Shown: positions 9,362 to 17,709 of the stretch, one piece after another
Numbering within the stretch: position 1 is the first letter of the stretch
Layout of the letters: every line of letters begins with the position of its first letter
Source of the DNA: a virus
Lineage: Duplodnaviria; Caudoviricetes
IMG/VR virus record: IMGVR_UViG_3300038393_000835
Span: 1 to 53,713 of that record
DNA length: 53,713 nt
Reading direction: 5' to 3' (one strand)
Program-made: the position numbers and the translations under genes
The notes under the pieces: generated by a model
Told to the model about the DNA's origin: nothing
The model's input: only the letters and a program-made list of their open reading frames with translations
Databases searched by the model: none

Positions 9362-10090
9362 CTAAATCCGGAATCCCGCATTGCAACTAGGGCAAACTAC
9401 ATAGTTTCCTATCACTTTTCCTCCATCTACTTTACAAGCTGGGCATGAGTCTGGGTTTTCATCATCTTGTGGTAGTTTTCCGCAATCAAGGCTGCCTATC
9501 TCATCTAGGAATTTTCCAACCGCTAAATCCCCTCTAGTTTCTTGCTGATATCGAAGGGCCGGATAGAATGGTAATAGTTTTGCTTGATCCATACTTTGAA
9601 ACGTAGCAACCTGATTATTAATAATGGCACTAGCTAAAGATTCTACATTAACGTATTTGTAATATCGAAGCAATTTGCGGAAAATGGCTGCTATTGTTTC
9701 CTGATTGACTTGTGAATCCTTTGGTAATCTGAAATGACTTCTCCAGTTTTTATAAATCATTTTATCCTCTAAATGATTCCATCTAGGAGTCATCATTGAT
9801 AAGGGGTGAACCTCTTCCTTAATCACATCATACGCTTCCGGGTCAATATCCTTTAAATCTAGGGAACCTTTGAGAATTCCGTGAATGAGTTCCTTAAATG
9901 TTAGCTCCTGACTGAACTTCTTTGGCAGATCTACCCATGGTATACTATTGTCAGGGTTGCAAGCGTAATCCATTAACTCAACAAAGGTACTAATCACTTC
10001 CATAGCCTGCTTTTTCGTTGCCGGATCAGATAACAAACGGTCTAGATTCGGCTTATCATCCGTTTTTATTTTGAATTCCATGTCTTTCAC
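9362..10090 (-). CDS. Hypothetical protein with C-terminal Zn ribbon
   Basis: CPAC...CPSC at the C-terminus. Confidence 0.7.
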   Translation of the reverse strand: MKDMEFKIKTDDKPNLDRLLSDPATKKQAMEVISTFVELMDYACNPDNSIPWVDLPKKFSQELTFKELIHGILKGSLDLKDIDPEAYDVIKEEVHPLSMMTPRWNHLEDKMIYKNWRSHFRLPKDSQVNQETIAAIFRKLLRYYKYVNVESLASAIINNQVATFQSMDQAKLLPFYPALRYQQETRGDLAVGKFLDEIGSLDCGKLPQDDENPDSCPACKVDGGKVIGNYVVCPSCNAGFRI

Positions 10091-10110
10091 ATCCTTTTAA
10101 ATTCTTAAAT

Positions 10111-10305
10111 TTATCGAAACTTATTTATAAACTTTGTTGCTTCATTTTTAATCTGATCTGCCAATTTTATTGCTTCTTCTGGTGTGCAGTTAATTTCAAT
10201 GTAGTCATTCTCGTTAAATTGAATTTCTATTTGGGTGCTAGACTTGTTCATATCCAATTGCTGAAAACCAACTTTCCAAAATGATAAATACGTATCAACA
10301 TTCAT
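10111..10305 (-). CDS. Hypothetical protein
   Basis: AGGTGGTG RBS, in operon. Confidence 0.6.
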   Translation of the reverse strand: MNVDTYLSFWKVGFQQLDMNKSSTQIEIQFNENDYIEINCTPEEAIKLADQIKNEATKFINKFR

Positions 10306-10504
10306 TACTTCACCACCTTGTAAAGATTCTGGAGTTTATCAATAAATGATTACTTCGTCCTCATATTCATCTACATAAAGAATAGTTGCCGATTCTTGCA
10401 AAGGACCACAAAAAGATACTACAGTTTTTTCTTGATCGTATTTCTTTAATTGCTCAATAAGTTCTTTAACCTTCATAGAATCACTTCCTTACAGATTGTT
10501 GAAT

Positions 10505-10726
10505 TTATCGAACAAACACGATTTCATTATTTTCAAAACACGTTGCCCCACCCAAGTAATGATGTTCTCCGAAAATACTCATTAGTTCCCATAGCTGAAA
10601 TTTATAAAAACCAGCATAATCAGGCTCAGGTTTTGAGTTAAATTCTTTATAGTATTCATTAAGTTTTATTTTGCCGTGTGGAGTAAGCTTCACATAAACC
10701 TGAATATTGATGTTGCATTTAAGCAT
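10505..10726 (-). CDS. Hypothetical phage protein
   Basis: ATG (MLKCNINIQ) after AGGAGGTG; VKLT..G...FQLWELM.IFG pattern typical of small phage proteins. Confidence 0.7.
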   Translation of the reverse strand: MLKCNINIQVYVKLTPHGKIKLNEYYKEFNSKPEPDYAGFYKFQLWELMSIFGEHHYLGGATCFENNEIVFVR

Positions 10727-10886
10727 TTTTACACCTCCTAAAACAGAATAAAATGGCGAATCTATTTCCTTTTCCATTTATTCCGGGCCCTTTTAATCTC
10801 TAATTCTCTTTCAAGTAGATCATAAAAGGCCCCATTCATCAAAAAGTTCAAAAATCTAGCGATAATCAGTACAATATAGTACATGA

Positions 10887-11489
10887 TTAAAATACGAGTT
10901 CTTCATCATCTGCTGCGGGCTCTGGAGCTGGGGAACCTTTGACGGGTTCGGGGGTTGGTTCGACTTGTTTTGGCTGTTGCGTTTTCTTTTCTAGTTCTTT
11001 AGCGACTTCCTGATCATACCTTTCTTTTTGAATTTGGGTTTGCATCTCCTTATATTGGTTAAAATACTCTTCATTATGGTTCATGACCATTTGGACACAG
11101 TACCGGACCGCATCGGAAATGCTAGAGAAATTCTGTTCATCCTGTAAAGCAACTAGGAATTGGGCCATGTCGGGGGAACCAATACGAATGGATATGGGGC
11201 GTTCTACCATGCTTCGGATCTTTTTCACTTGGTCCGAATCCTGAACCGTATCAATTAAAATTTCCCGGTATGCTTTTTGGGCCTGCTCAAGGCCAATAAG
11301 TTTAATATCGCCTCCACGTAGGATAATATTTTTAGGGCTATTAACATGTTCCTCGCTGGGACAGATCCAAGGGCTTTCGCAATACGGTAATAGGGTGTTA
11401 GGATCGTACAAAATACTCTTCTTATTTCTAGTTACTCCACATGCTGTGCAGCTTTTACCTAATCTTTCAGAACTTGTATGTTTTATCAT
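10887..11489 (-). CDS. Putative regulator: N-terminal Cys cluster + internal RHH-like segment + acidic tail
   Basis: CTAC..C..C; ISIRIGSPDMAQFLVALQDEQNFSSISDAVRYCV. Confidence 0.55.
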   Translation of the reverse strand: MIKHTSSERLGKSCTACGVTRNKKSILYDPNTLLPYCESPWICPSEEHVNSPKNIILRGGDIKLIGLEQAQKAYREILIDTVQDSDQVKKIRSMVERPISIRIGSPDMAQFLVALQDEQNFSSISDAVRYCVQMVMNHNEEYFNQYKEMQTQIQKERYDQEVAKELEKKTQQPKQVEPTPEPVKGSPAPEPAADDEELVF

Positions 11490-11638
11490 AGGAAAATCCT
11501 CCTTTAATTTACTATATGTTATTGTATGTGCTATGTTGCATGTCAGAACTAGGGAAATTCTCTAGCTCTGAAATACATCCGAAGTGATTGTTTGTATTAT
11601 ATCGCACTTCGGAATTGTATTCAAGTATTGACTTTCAA

Positions 11639-12070
11639 CTATATACCACTGCTACCAAATCCTCCGGTGCGTTCCCCTTCTGCTTGATCATCGTCAGCAA
11701 CTAGGAAAGGCATGAAAACCGCCTGGGCTATTCTATCGTGAATATTAACAATAAATATTTCGTCACCATGATTCATTAATAATACGCCTATTTCTTTTCC
11801 TTCATAGTCCTTATCTACTGTACCGGGAGTGTTTAAAACAGTAATCGTATAATGTAAAGCTAAACCAGACCTAGGCCGGATCTCTACCTGTTCACCGGGT
11901 AGCATATACGCAGTTAAACCTGTTTTAATTAATGTCCACTTTCCAGGATGAATGACCGCTGGTTCAATTGCATGAATATCGTACCCGGCAGATTCACGTG
12001 TAGACCTTGTTGGTAAAATTGCGTTTTCATTTAACTTTCTAAAACCTCTAGTTCTTACTAATCCTTTCAT
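11639..12070 (-). CDS. dut: Trimeric dUTPase
   Basis: SAGYDI, RPRSGLA, GTVDKDYEG, RIAQ, RTGGFGSSG. Confidence 0.96.
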   Translation of the reverse strand: MKGLVRTRGFRKLNENAILPTRSTRESAGYDIHAIEPAVIHPGKWTLIKTGLTAYMLPGEQVEIRPRSGLALHYTITVLNTPGTVDKDYEGKEIGVLLMNHGDEIFIVNIHDRIAQAVFMPFLVADDDQAEGERTGGFGSSGI

Positions 12071-12575
12071 CTAAAAACCTCCATTTATATCCTCTTGAAC
12101 TTTTTGCTATACCTCTTGCAACTAAATCGGCAGCCCAATATCCTGCTATTTTTGCTTCTAAAATACTATCCCACACTTTAACTACTTCATTTGTTATCGG
12201 ATCTATTTGTTCTATTTTACGTTTTCTTTTATTTCGATCCTCTACATAAATTCCTCCTTTAACCGCATGTTGCATGTTTTCAAGATTAGTACAATATTCC
12301 AAGTTATCAATATGGTTATTTGTTTTATTAAAATCTTTATGATTGACTTGTAAATCAGACTTTCCTAAAAATGCTTCAGCAACTACTCTATGAACTAGAT
12401 AACTTTTTCTTGTTTCTTTTCCTCCATTATAAAAAGTAACTGCTAAGTATCCTTTCGGTCTTGGTGACTGTTTTAAAAATCTTTTACTTTTCTTTCTTCT
12501 TATGTTTCCGTAAGAAGAAACTTCGTAAAAATCTTCCCAATCCGTAACATCTCTCCAAATTTCCATTTTGCACAC
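12048..12575 (-). CDS. NUMOD4-HNH homing endonuclease
   Basis: EIWRDV...YEVSSYGNIR, VHRVVAEAF, VNHKDFNKTNNHIDNLEY. Confidence 0.9.
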   Translation of the reverse strand: MCKMEIWRDVTDWEDFYEVSSYGNIRRKKSKRFLKQSPRPKGYLAVTFYNGGKETRKSYLVHRVVAEAFLGKSDLQVNHKDFNKTNNHIDNLEYCTNLENMQHAVKGGIYVEDRNKRKRKIEQIDPITNEVVKVWDSILEAKIAGYWAADLVARGIAKSSRGYKWRFLDERISKN

Positions 12576-12637
12576 ACTCCAGTCATTAAGGTATGACTTT
12601 ATTATATATCATAACTGAAGTGTACGCAATTTATGAT

Positions 12638-12865
12638 TTATAATGTAGGATCGGTAATACCTTGCGTTTCGAATTCCTTTTCTTGCAATTGCTGGACCTG
12701 TGATAATAGGGCCTTTGCTATTTGTTCGGCTTGAGCTGGGGAGAGAGCTAGGGAAAGTTTTGAGCCAGATACCCCCTCTGAACCTAAATGAGCCATGATT
12801 GTTCCCTCGTTTTCCCATACATTTAAGTATAATTCCTTATTGAATGGCATGAATGAAACGTCCAT
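12638..12865 (-). CDS. Hypothetical protein
   Basis: AGGAGA RBS; TAATG coupling with the upstream ORF. Confidence 0.65.
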   Translation of the reverse strand: MDVSFMPFNKELYLNVWENEGTIMAHLGSEGVSGSKLSLALSPAQAEQIAKALLSQVQQLQEKEFETQGITDPTL

Positions 12866-13017
12866 TATTCTTCATCTCCTTTATAATCGGATTGACTTTC
12901 TCTTAAATCGGCTTGAAAACACTCCCCGCTGCAATAGTGTTCATCCCATTCAGCCATCATACGTTTTCCGCAATACTGGCATTTCTTTGGGTACCATCCA
13001 GCTTTACTGTCTTTCAT
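12865..13017 (-). CDS. Small Zn-finger protein, 50 aa; not in ORF track
   Basis: GGGAGGG RBS; KCQYCGK...YCSGEC. Confidence 0.65.
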   Translation of the reverse strand: MKDSKAGWYPKKCQYCGKRMMAEWDEHYCSGECFQADLRESQSDYKGDEE

Positions 13018-13103
13018 CTTTAACCCTCCCTAGGTTTTAGCCTGTTTATAGGCTTTGTGGGAACTAGGAGGGATTGTTTTCCTAGTTCGTGAAAGGCTAT
13101 AAA

Positions 13104-13526
13104 CTAATTCGTTCTGTAGATGTAATAGATTTCTCCTTCGATTTCGGTTTCATCTTCTGTACCATCATAAGTATTTAAAAAGTGTGCATGACCATCAGCT
13201 GAAACTGCACTTTCTATGAATTCTTCAATTCCACAAGTTTTTTCGATCAATCTAAGGATTGCATCGTTTCCAGACTCACATTTTTCACATAACGCTTCAA
13301 ATACTTCTTCTGGTAATTCTGTTTCGCAAGCTAGGAATGAAGGACTGAAGGCCCAAACGCTTTGTTCGATGTATTCTTTAACTGCTTCTTCTCTTTCTTC
13401 TTCAGTAAGAACTATGAATTCTTTACCTTCAGCAGCGTAATTGTTTTCCCACTCTACAGAAACATCATTATACTTGCATCCTAAAACTTCCATCAAAGCG
13501 ATTTTCTTTTCCATCATTTTTACCAT
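13104..13526 (-). CDS. Highly acidic early protein
   Basis: About 34 D/E versus 11 K/R in 140 aa; first gene after a strong promoter. Confidence 0.75.
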   Translation of the reverse strand: MVKMMEKKIALMEVLGCKYNDVSVEWENNYAAEGKEFIVLTEEEREEAVKEYIEQSVWAFSPSFLACETELPEEVFEALCEKCESGNDAILRLIEKTCGIEEFIESAVSADGHAHFLNTYDGTEDETEIEGEIYYIYRTN

Positions 13527-13563
13527 CTCCCTAGGTTTTGTTATTTTCTTACTTCTTGATTAT

Positions 13564-13593
13564 AGTATATCACGTGACATGTATTATAGTCAA
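13564..13593 (-). promoter_or_regulatory. Early sigmaA promoter
   Basis: TTGACT-18 nt-TATACT with extended -10 TG and A-rich upstream region. Confidence 0.8.
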
Positions 13594-13634
13594 GTGTTTT
13601 GTAATTTTATTTTTTAGAAGTTTGTAGTAAAACT

Positions 13635-13787
13635 TCATGAGCTTTTTTTTTTTGTTGAGTTCTCACCCTTAAAAACTGGGAAGGATGCAAGAAATTTATC
13701 TGAATAATGGTAAAGACTGTAGTAACTTACATTTTGATTCTTTCCTTTATATATTAAGTAATGTTTGTCGTCAATCCATTCTTGCAT
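13635..13787 (-). CDS. Hypothetical early protein, 50 aa, containing an A11 tract; not in ORF track
   Basis: AAGGAGGA RBS; MQEWIDDKHYLIYKGKNQNVSYYSLY... Confidence 0.55.
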   Translation of the reverse strand: MQEWIDDKHYLIYKGKNQNVSYYSLYHYSDKFLASFPVFKGENSTKKKSS

Positions 13788-13946
13788 GTTATTTCCTCCT
13801 TTTAGTTGTTTAATTGGTTAGTAAATGTCGGATAAAGCTAGAGAATGTTAGAAGGGCGTAGAATGCTGCAAAGAATGCCCCGGCCCCTATGGGGGCTAGA
13901 ATGGTGATCATGAGTAGGTCTAGTTTAGTTGGCATTTGGTTGCTCC

Positions 13947-14240
13947 CTAGATATAGTTTATAAACTGTATATTTGAAAAATGTTCATCATAAGTCTTTTT
14001 AATATCTTCTACTGTTTCTTTCCATTTCTTAGGGACTGGGCGAATATCTAGGCGATAACAGGAATAACGATCTCCGGATAAACTGCGATTATCTTTGTAA
14101 GCAAATCCGGCCTTGTATCCTTCCTCATCTTTCCAGAATTCAATCTTTAAATTATTTGCTACATGAAATATGATGACATTATTAATTCCGATAGTTACCA
14201 AGTATCCATTTAAAATCGTATTTTCATTTGTTTTTAACAT
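13947..14240 (-). CDS. Hypothetical early protein
   Basis: GGGAGG RBS. Confidence 0.7.
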   Translation of the reverse strand: MLKTNENTILNGYLVTIGINNVIIFHVANNLKIEFWKDEEGYKAGFAYKDNRSLSGDRYSCYRLDIRPVPKKWKETVEDIKKTYDEHFSNIQFINYI

Positions 14241-14303
14241 TTGTTATTTCCTCCCTAGGATTTTCTAAAACTAGAGAATTTAGATTGATTCTCTCGTTTA
14301 TGG

Positions 14304-14321
14304 AAAGCCCCTGGGGGCTTT
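14304..14321. terminator. GC-rich hairpin, possible terminator
   Basis: AAAGCCCC-TG-GGGGCTTT. Confidence 0.5.
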
Positions 14322-14330
14322 GTTTATTGT

Positions 14331-14597
14331 TTAGCCTACATAGGCCCAATGACTTGCTTTGTCTTTTCTGCGTTTCTTTTCTTCTCTTACTACTTCATCT
14401 TTAATGTATTTTGGGATTTTAGGCATTGGGCATTGGCTGCCATCCATTTGATATCCATAAAACTGGAAATCGTATCCCACAAAGAATTTAAAAGCTAGAC
14501 CTTTATCGTAATTGCTCATGTACCCGTTTCCGTCTCCATTGAATTGAAGTGACCAACCATTTTTAAATCCGTATCCGTAAGATGTCGTGTTTTTCAT
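14331..14597 (-). CDS. Hypothetical early protein
   Basis: AGGGAG RBS; first gene after a promoter. Confidence 0.7.
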   Translation of the reverse strand: MKNTTSYGYGFKNGWSLQFNGDGNGYMSNYDKGLAFKFFVGYDFQFYGYQMDGSQCPMPKIPKYIKDEVVREEKKRRKDKASHWAYVG

Positions 14598-14645
14598 TCT
14601 TCATCGCTCCCTAGGTTTTGTTTTTATTGTTTCCTTCTTGATTTA

Positions 14646-14674
14646 ATCTTACTACAAGTTTTTGTGAGTGTCAA
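14646..14674 (-). promoter_or_regulatory. Early sigmaA promoter
   Basis: TTGACA-17 nt-TAAGAT. Confidence 0.8.
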
Positions 14675-14701
14675 CTACATTTTTTAAATTCTTTGTAGTA
14701 T

Positions 14702-14959
14702 TTATTTTAACATTGATTTTTCATGGTGAATATCCGCTAATTGTTGGGCTATGAGCTGATGTTCTTTCGATACCTTCTTTTGTACTCTATAGGGCTTTGA
14801 TTCTCCGATTTTATAAAATTCTACAGTATAAGGGTAATATCCAGGAGTATGCCGGATGATTACCTTACGAATAATGATCGAATGTTTACTATGAATTGTC
14901 TCGGTGAAGGATAATGATAGGCTTTTTTCGTCTACTACAATATTTTGGATCGTTTGCAT
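14702..14959 (-). CDS. Hypothetical early protein
   Basis: AAGGAG RBS. Confidence 0.7.
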   Translation of the reverse strand: MQTIQNIVVDEKSLSLSFTETIHSKHSIIIRKVIIRHTPGYYPYTVEFYKIGESKPYRVQKKVSKEHQLIAQQLADIHHEKSMLK

Positions 14960-14974
14960 ACTGGAATCAACTCC

Positions 14975-15060
14975 TTTGTAGTTTGTATTAATTTTCGTAG
15001 TTTTGTGGTTTTAGTTTGTAGTATAGACAATTTAGGAAATGTTTACGTAAAGTTTGTAGT
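14975..15060. repeat. Cluster of TTTGTAGT-like direct repeats
   Basis: Copies at 14975, 14994 (variant), 15002 (variant), 15015 and 15053. Confidence 0.75.
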
Positions 15061-15073
15061 ATTTTGATTGTGT

Positions 15074-15430
15074 TTAGTACGATTGCCATTCTCCGAATTT
15101 CTTTGATTCGTATGTTCTCACGATGCTTGCTATAATGTGACACGTGTACAGCTTTTTTGGTGGTGCCTTTAAATGTTGTGAGACCGCAGCTGGAGAGATT
15201 TCCAGTAAGTTAGCGATTCCTGACACGTTATAGCCCTTCTCTTTAAGGCCATGAACTAGGTGTTTTGTTGAGATATCCTCTACGGATGATTCGATCATGT
15301 GCATATCCCGTGGTGTAAATGGAAGTTTTGTGTATTCGTGTAATGCTGTTCGAATGGTTTCGGAAGTGATAAAAGGGTATTGTTTCTTAATAATCTTTAA
15401 GCATAAAACTACGTCAATGTGATTTAACAT
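15074..15430 (-). CDS. HTH DNA-binding protein
   Basis: GYNVSGIANLLEISPAAVSQHLK helix-turn-helix pattern. Confidence 0.75.
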   Translation of the reverse strand: MLNHIDVVLCLKIIKKQYPFITSETIRTALHEYTKLPFTPRDMHMIESSVEDISTKHLVHGLKEKGYNVSGIANLLEISPAAVSQHLKAPPKKLYTCHIIASIVRTYESKKFGEWQSY

Positions 15431-15517
15431 GTATTATTCTCCTTTACTATAATTAATGAGTGTAAGACAGGGAATGTAGAGTTTGTAAACACTTAACAAA
15501 ATGGCACCCCCTCCCCC

Positions 15518-15678
15518 CTCTAGAAAATTAGGGTGGGGTCAAATTCCCCCTTTTGCTTAACAAAATAAGTATAGTACTTACATATCATTAACTTAATTAT
15601 ATTAAATTTAAAATAATTAAGCAATAGTATTATTTATTAAGTAAAAAGGGGAATTCTTAGAAGACCACATTTTTAGAG
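15518..15678. repeat. AT-rich nested inverted repeat, candidate origin
   Basis: AATTCCCCCTTTTGCTTAA/TTAAGTAAAAAGGGGAATT outer arms and CTTAATTAT/ATAATTAAG inner arms in non-coding DNA. Confidence 0.65.
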
Positions 15679-15778
15679 CCAGAGGAAAAAAAACTTTGTA
15701 CGACAAACTCCGTTTACAGAGGGTCTGGACACAATTATGAATATTCTGAATAAGGGAGGTAAGGCCCGCTACTGGAGC

Positions 15779-15919
15779 CTATACAAGACGCTTGATCACC
15801 CTCAGTTCGCAAGGGCTAACCAAGATCCCGCAGCTAAACAAATTATCAAGCGATACGAGAAAACGAGCTCCTTCCTTTCTTGCATAATACTGACGACCTT
15901 TGTACTCGACTACTAACAT
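15779..15919 (-). CDS. Hypothetical early protein, 46 aa; not in ORF track
   Basis: AGGGAGTG RBS; MLVVEYKGRQYYARKEGARFLVSL... Confidence 0.6.
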   Translation of the reverse strand: MLVVEYKGRQYYARKEGARFLVSLDNLFSCGILVSPCELRVIKRLV

Positions 15920-16039
15920 GTTATCACTCCCTAGTTTATTTGCCTTCTAAGAGGCTTATTGAGGGTTTAAGATGTAATCCCTTAAACCACTCTAAAACGT
16001 CTTAGAATTGATTCTAGAAGGTTTGAGGGCCGAAGCCAC

Positions 16040-16207
16040 CTAGTTTATTTCGATCATATCGTATAGTTCAAAGTCTACCATGTTTTTAGACCATGTTTGG
16101 AATTGTTCGTAGGCTGTTAGCATGTCGCCCTCTTCATGATCCCAAAAGTTTCTTTCTAACTCTAATTCACCATGGATATTTGGTTGATAGTATTTTACTT
16201 TTAACAT
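16040..16207 (-). CDS. Acidic hypothetical early protein, 55 aa; not in ORF track
   Basis: AGGGAGTG RBS; MLKVKYYQPNIHGELELERNFWDHEEGD...; first gene after the promoter at 16254-16282. Confidence 0.7.
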   Translation of the reverse strand: MLKVKYYQPNIHGELELERNFWDHEEGDMLTAYEQFQTWSKNMVDFELYDMIEIN

Positions 16208-16253
16208 TTGAATCACTCCCTAGTTTTTATCGTGTTTCCCTTGCCTTGATTAC

Positions 16254-16282
16254 ATCATATCACGTGTCATCTACTATGTCAA
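16254..16282 (-). promoter_or_regulatory. Early sigmaA promoter
   Basis: TTGACA-17 nt-TATGAT with extended -10 TG. Confidence 0.85.
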
Positions 16283-16603
16283 CTACAAGTTTTAAAAAAG
16301 TTTGTAGTATTGTCCAATCCCTCTAATGGCTAGTGTTTTGCGAGCGAGTGCGAGCCATTGCGTTAGGCGGTTACCCTATCCCTAGCTGTCAGTACTGTCA
16401 CGGGCTTGCTAGCTGTCTTTTATTTTTAGCTTTTATTTTTCATTTGGTTTTGTTTTATATCGGTTTTGATTACCCCACCCCTCACCCTAGGGGTATGGCT
16501 CGAAAAGGGACTCCGTATATCCAGGGTTCGGGGGCTAGCCAGGGGCTATGCAAAACGCATTTTATTTGACTAAAAATAATTGGAATACTACAAGAGGTGG
16601 GTA

Positions 16604-16632
16604 TACCCAAAAATACCACCTTATGTTATAAT
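16604..16632 (+). promoter_or_regulatory. Candidate late promoter of the packaging operon
   Basis: TG-N-TATAAT with non-consensus -35 TACCCA, similar to 35466-35494. Confidence 0.6.
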
Positions 16633-16673
16633 TGTATTAAAGGAAATATAAGGAGTATAGGGGGAATAATCGG

Positions 16674-16796
16674 GTGATTGGAAAGCTATTTTGTATGTTT
16701 GGATTTCATAAGTGGATTCAAACTTACAGAAACCAATATAGTACAATAACGTTTATTCACTGTGAACGTTGCGGTGAAAAGGATGTGAATTTTTAA
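16674..16796 (+). CDS. Small Cys/His protein (DUF1660-like), 40 aa; not in ORF track
   Basis: MIGKLFCMFGFHKW...CERCG; TAATG overlap with terS. Confidence 0.6.
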   Translation: MIGKLFCMFGFHKWIQTYRNQYSTITFIHCERCGEKDVNF

Positions 16797-17197
16797 TGTT
16801 AATCGAAATGCTCAAAAAGAACCAACAGTTCAACGAACTCCCAACACCAAAACAAGAACTATTCGCTATCCTAGCTATCAAATTCGAAGAAGATCCAACC
16901 GCTATTTACTTAACACCGGACGAACTAACACAACACACCAACACGGGAAACAAGGATCTATGGGTACAATTCCTAGCTCTGCCCCCCGTCAGCCAGTTCA
17001 TCAAAGCAGAAATGGCCCGACTCACAGACGTAGCCCAGCGTAAGGCCCTCAAGTCCCTACAGGCTCAGGCCATGTCAGGGAACGTTGCTGCTGCAAAAGA
17101 GATTAATGATTTGGCAGGAATATACCTTAGTCAGAATAACAATCGTACAGTAGTCCTTCATCAGATTAGTCGTCCTAAAGTAAAGGAGGTTAAATAA
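16796..17197 (+). CDS. Probable terminase small subunit
   Basis: First large late gene; A.SGNVAAAKEI motif typical of TerS. Confidence 0.6.
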   Translation: MLIEMLKKNQQFNELPTPKQELFAILAIKFEEDPTAIYLTPDELTQHTNTGNKDLWVQFLALPPVSQFIKAEMARLTDVAQRKALKSLQAQAMSGNVAAAKEINDLAGIYLSQNNNRTVVLHQISRPKVKEVK

Positions 17198-17691
17198 TGA
17201 AGAATGTATATGTCGTGAATGGGGATAAGACCTTTATAATATTTAATTGTAAGGGGTCCAAAAATTTCACAGTTATTGACACCGAAGATTTACCTAAATT
17301 AATGAAATACAATATGACTTGGTTTGGTAGGCAAGACAGATCAGGACATATGTATGTTTGGGGTAAATGGAACGGTGGACATTTGCATCTTCATCGTTTA
17401 ATAACCGACTGTCCTGAAGGAAAATTAGTTGATCATATTAATCTAGATTCCTTAGATAACCGAAAGTCAAATCTTCGTATTGTTTCTCATTCTGAAAATA
17501 TGCAAAATCTTAATATGAAGAAAAGAAATACTTCCGGTTACAGAGGAGTTTACTTTAAGAAATCACAAAATAAATGGGCTGCTCAAGTAAGAGTGAATGG
17601 AAAGGCAATTCATGGAGGATATTTCAATACTTCTGAAGAAGCTAATGTAAAAGCAATTGAAATGAGAAAGCAGTATTTTGACTTTTCATAA
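17197..17691 (+). CDS. HNH-AP2 homing endonuclease
   Basis: VDHINLDSLDNRKSNLR; SGYRGVYF...WAAQV. Confidence 0.9.
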   Translation: MKNVYVVNGDKTFIIFNCKGSKNFTVIDTEDLPKLMKYNMTWFGRQDRSGHMYVWGKWNGGHLHLHRLITDCPEGKLVDHINLDSLDNRKSNLRIVSHSENMQNLNMKKRNTSGYRGVYFKKSQNKWAAQVRVNGKAIHGGYFNTSEEANVKAIEMRKQYFDFS

Positions 17692-17709
17692 TAAAGGAGG
17701 ACAAGCCTA

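Noticed and set aside
11490-11638. tRNA in a structured intergenic region
   Set aside because: Simple hairpins only; no cloverleaf or T-loop
14975-15060. Mini CRISPR array
   Set aside because: Repeats are only 8 nt and irregularly spaced
16093-16569. Plus-strand ORFs 16093..16326 and 16333..16569
   Set aside because: No RBS; they overlap a better minus-strand ORF, a promoter and the switch region
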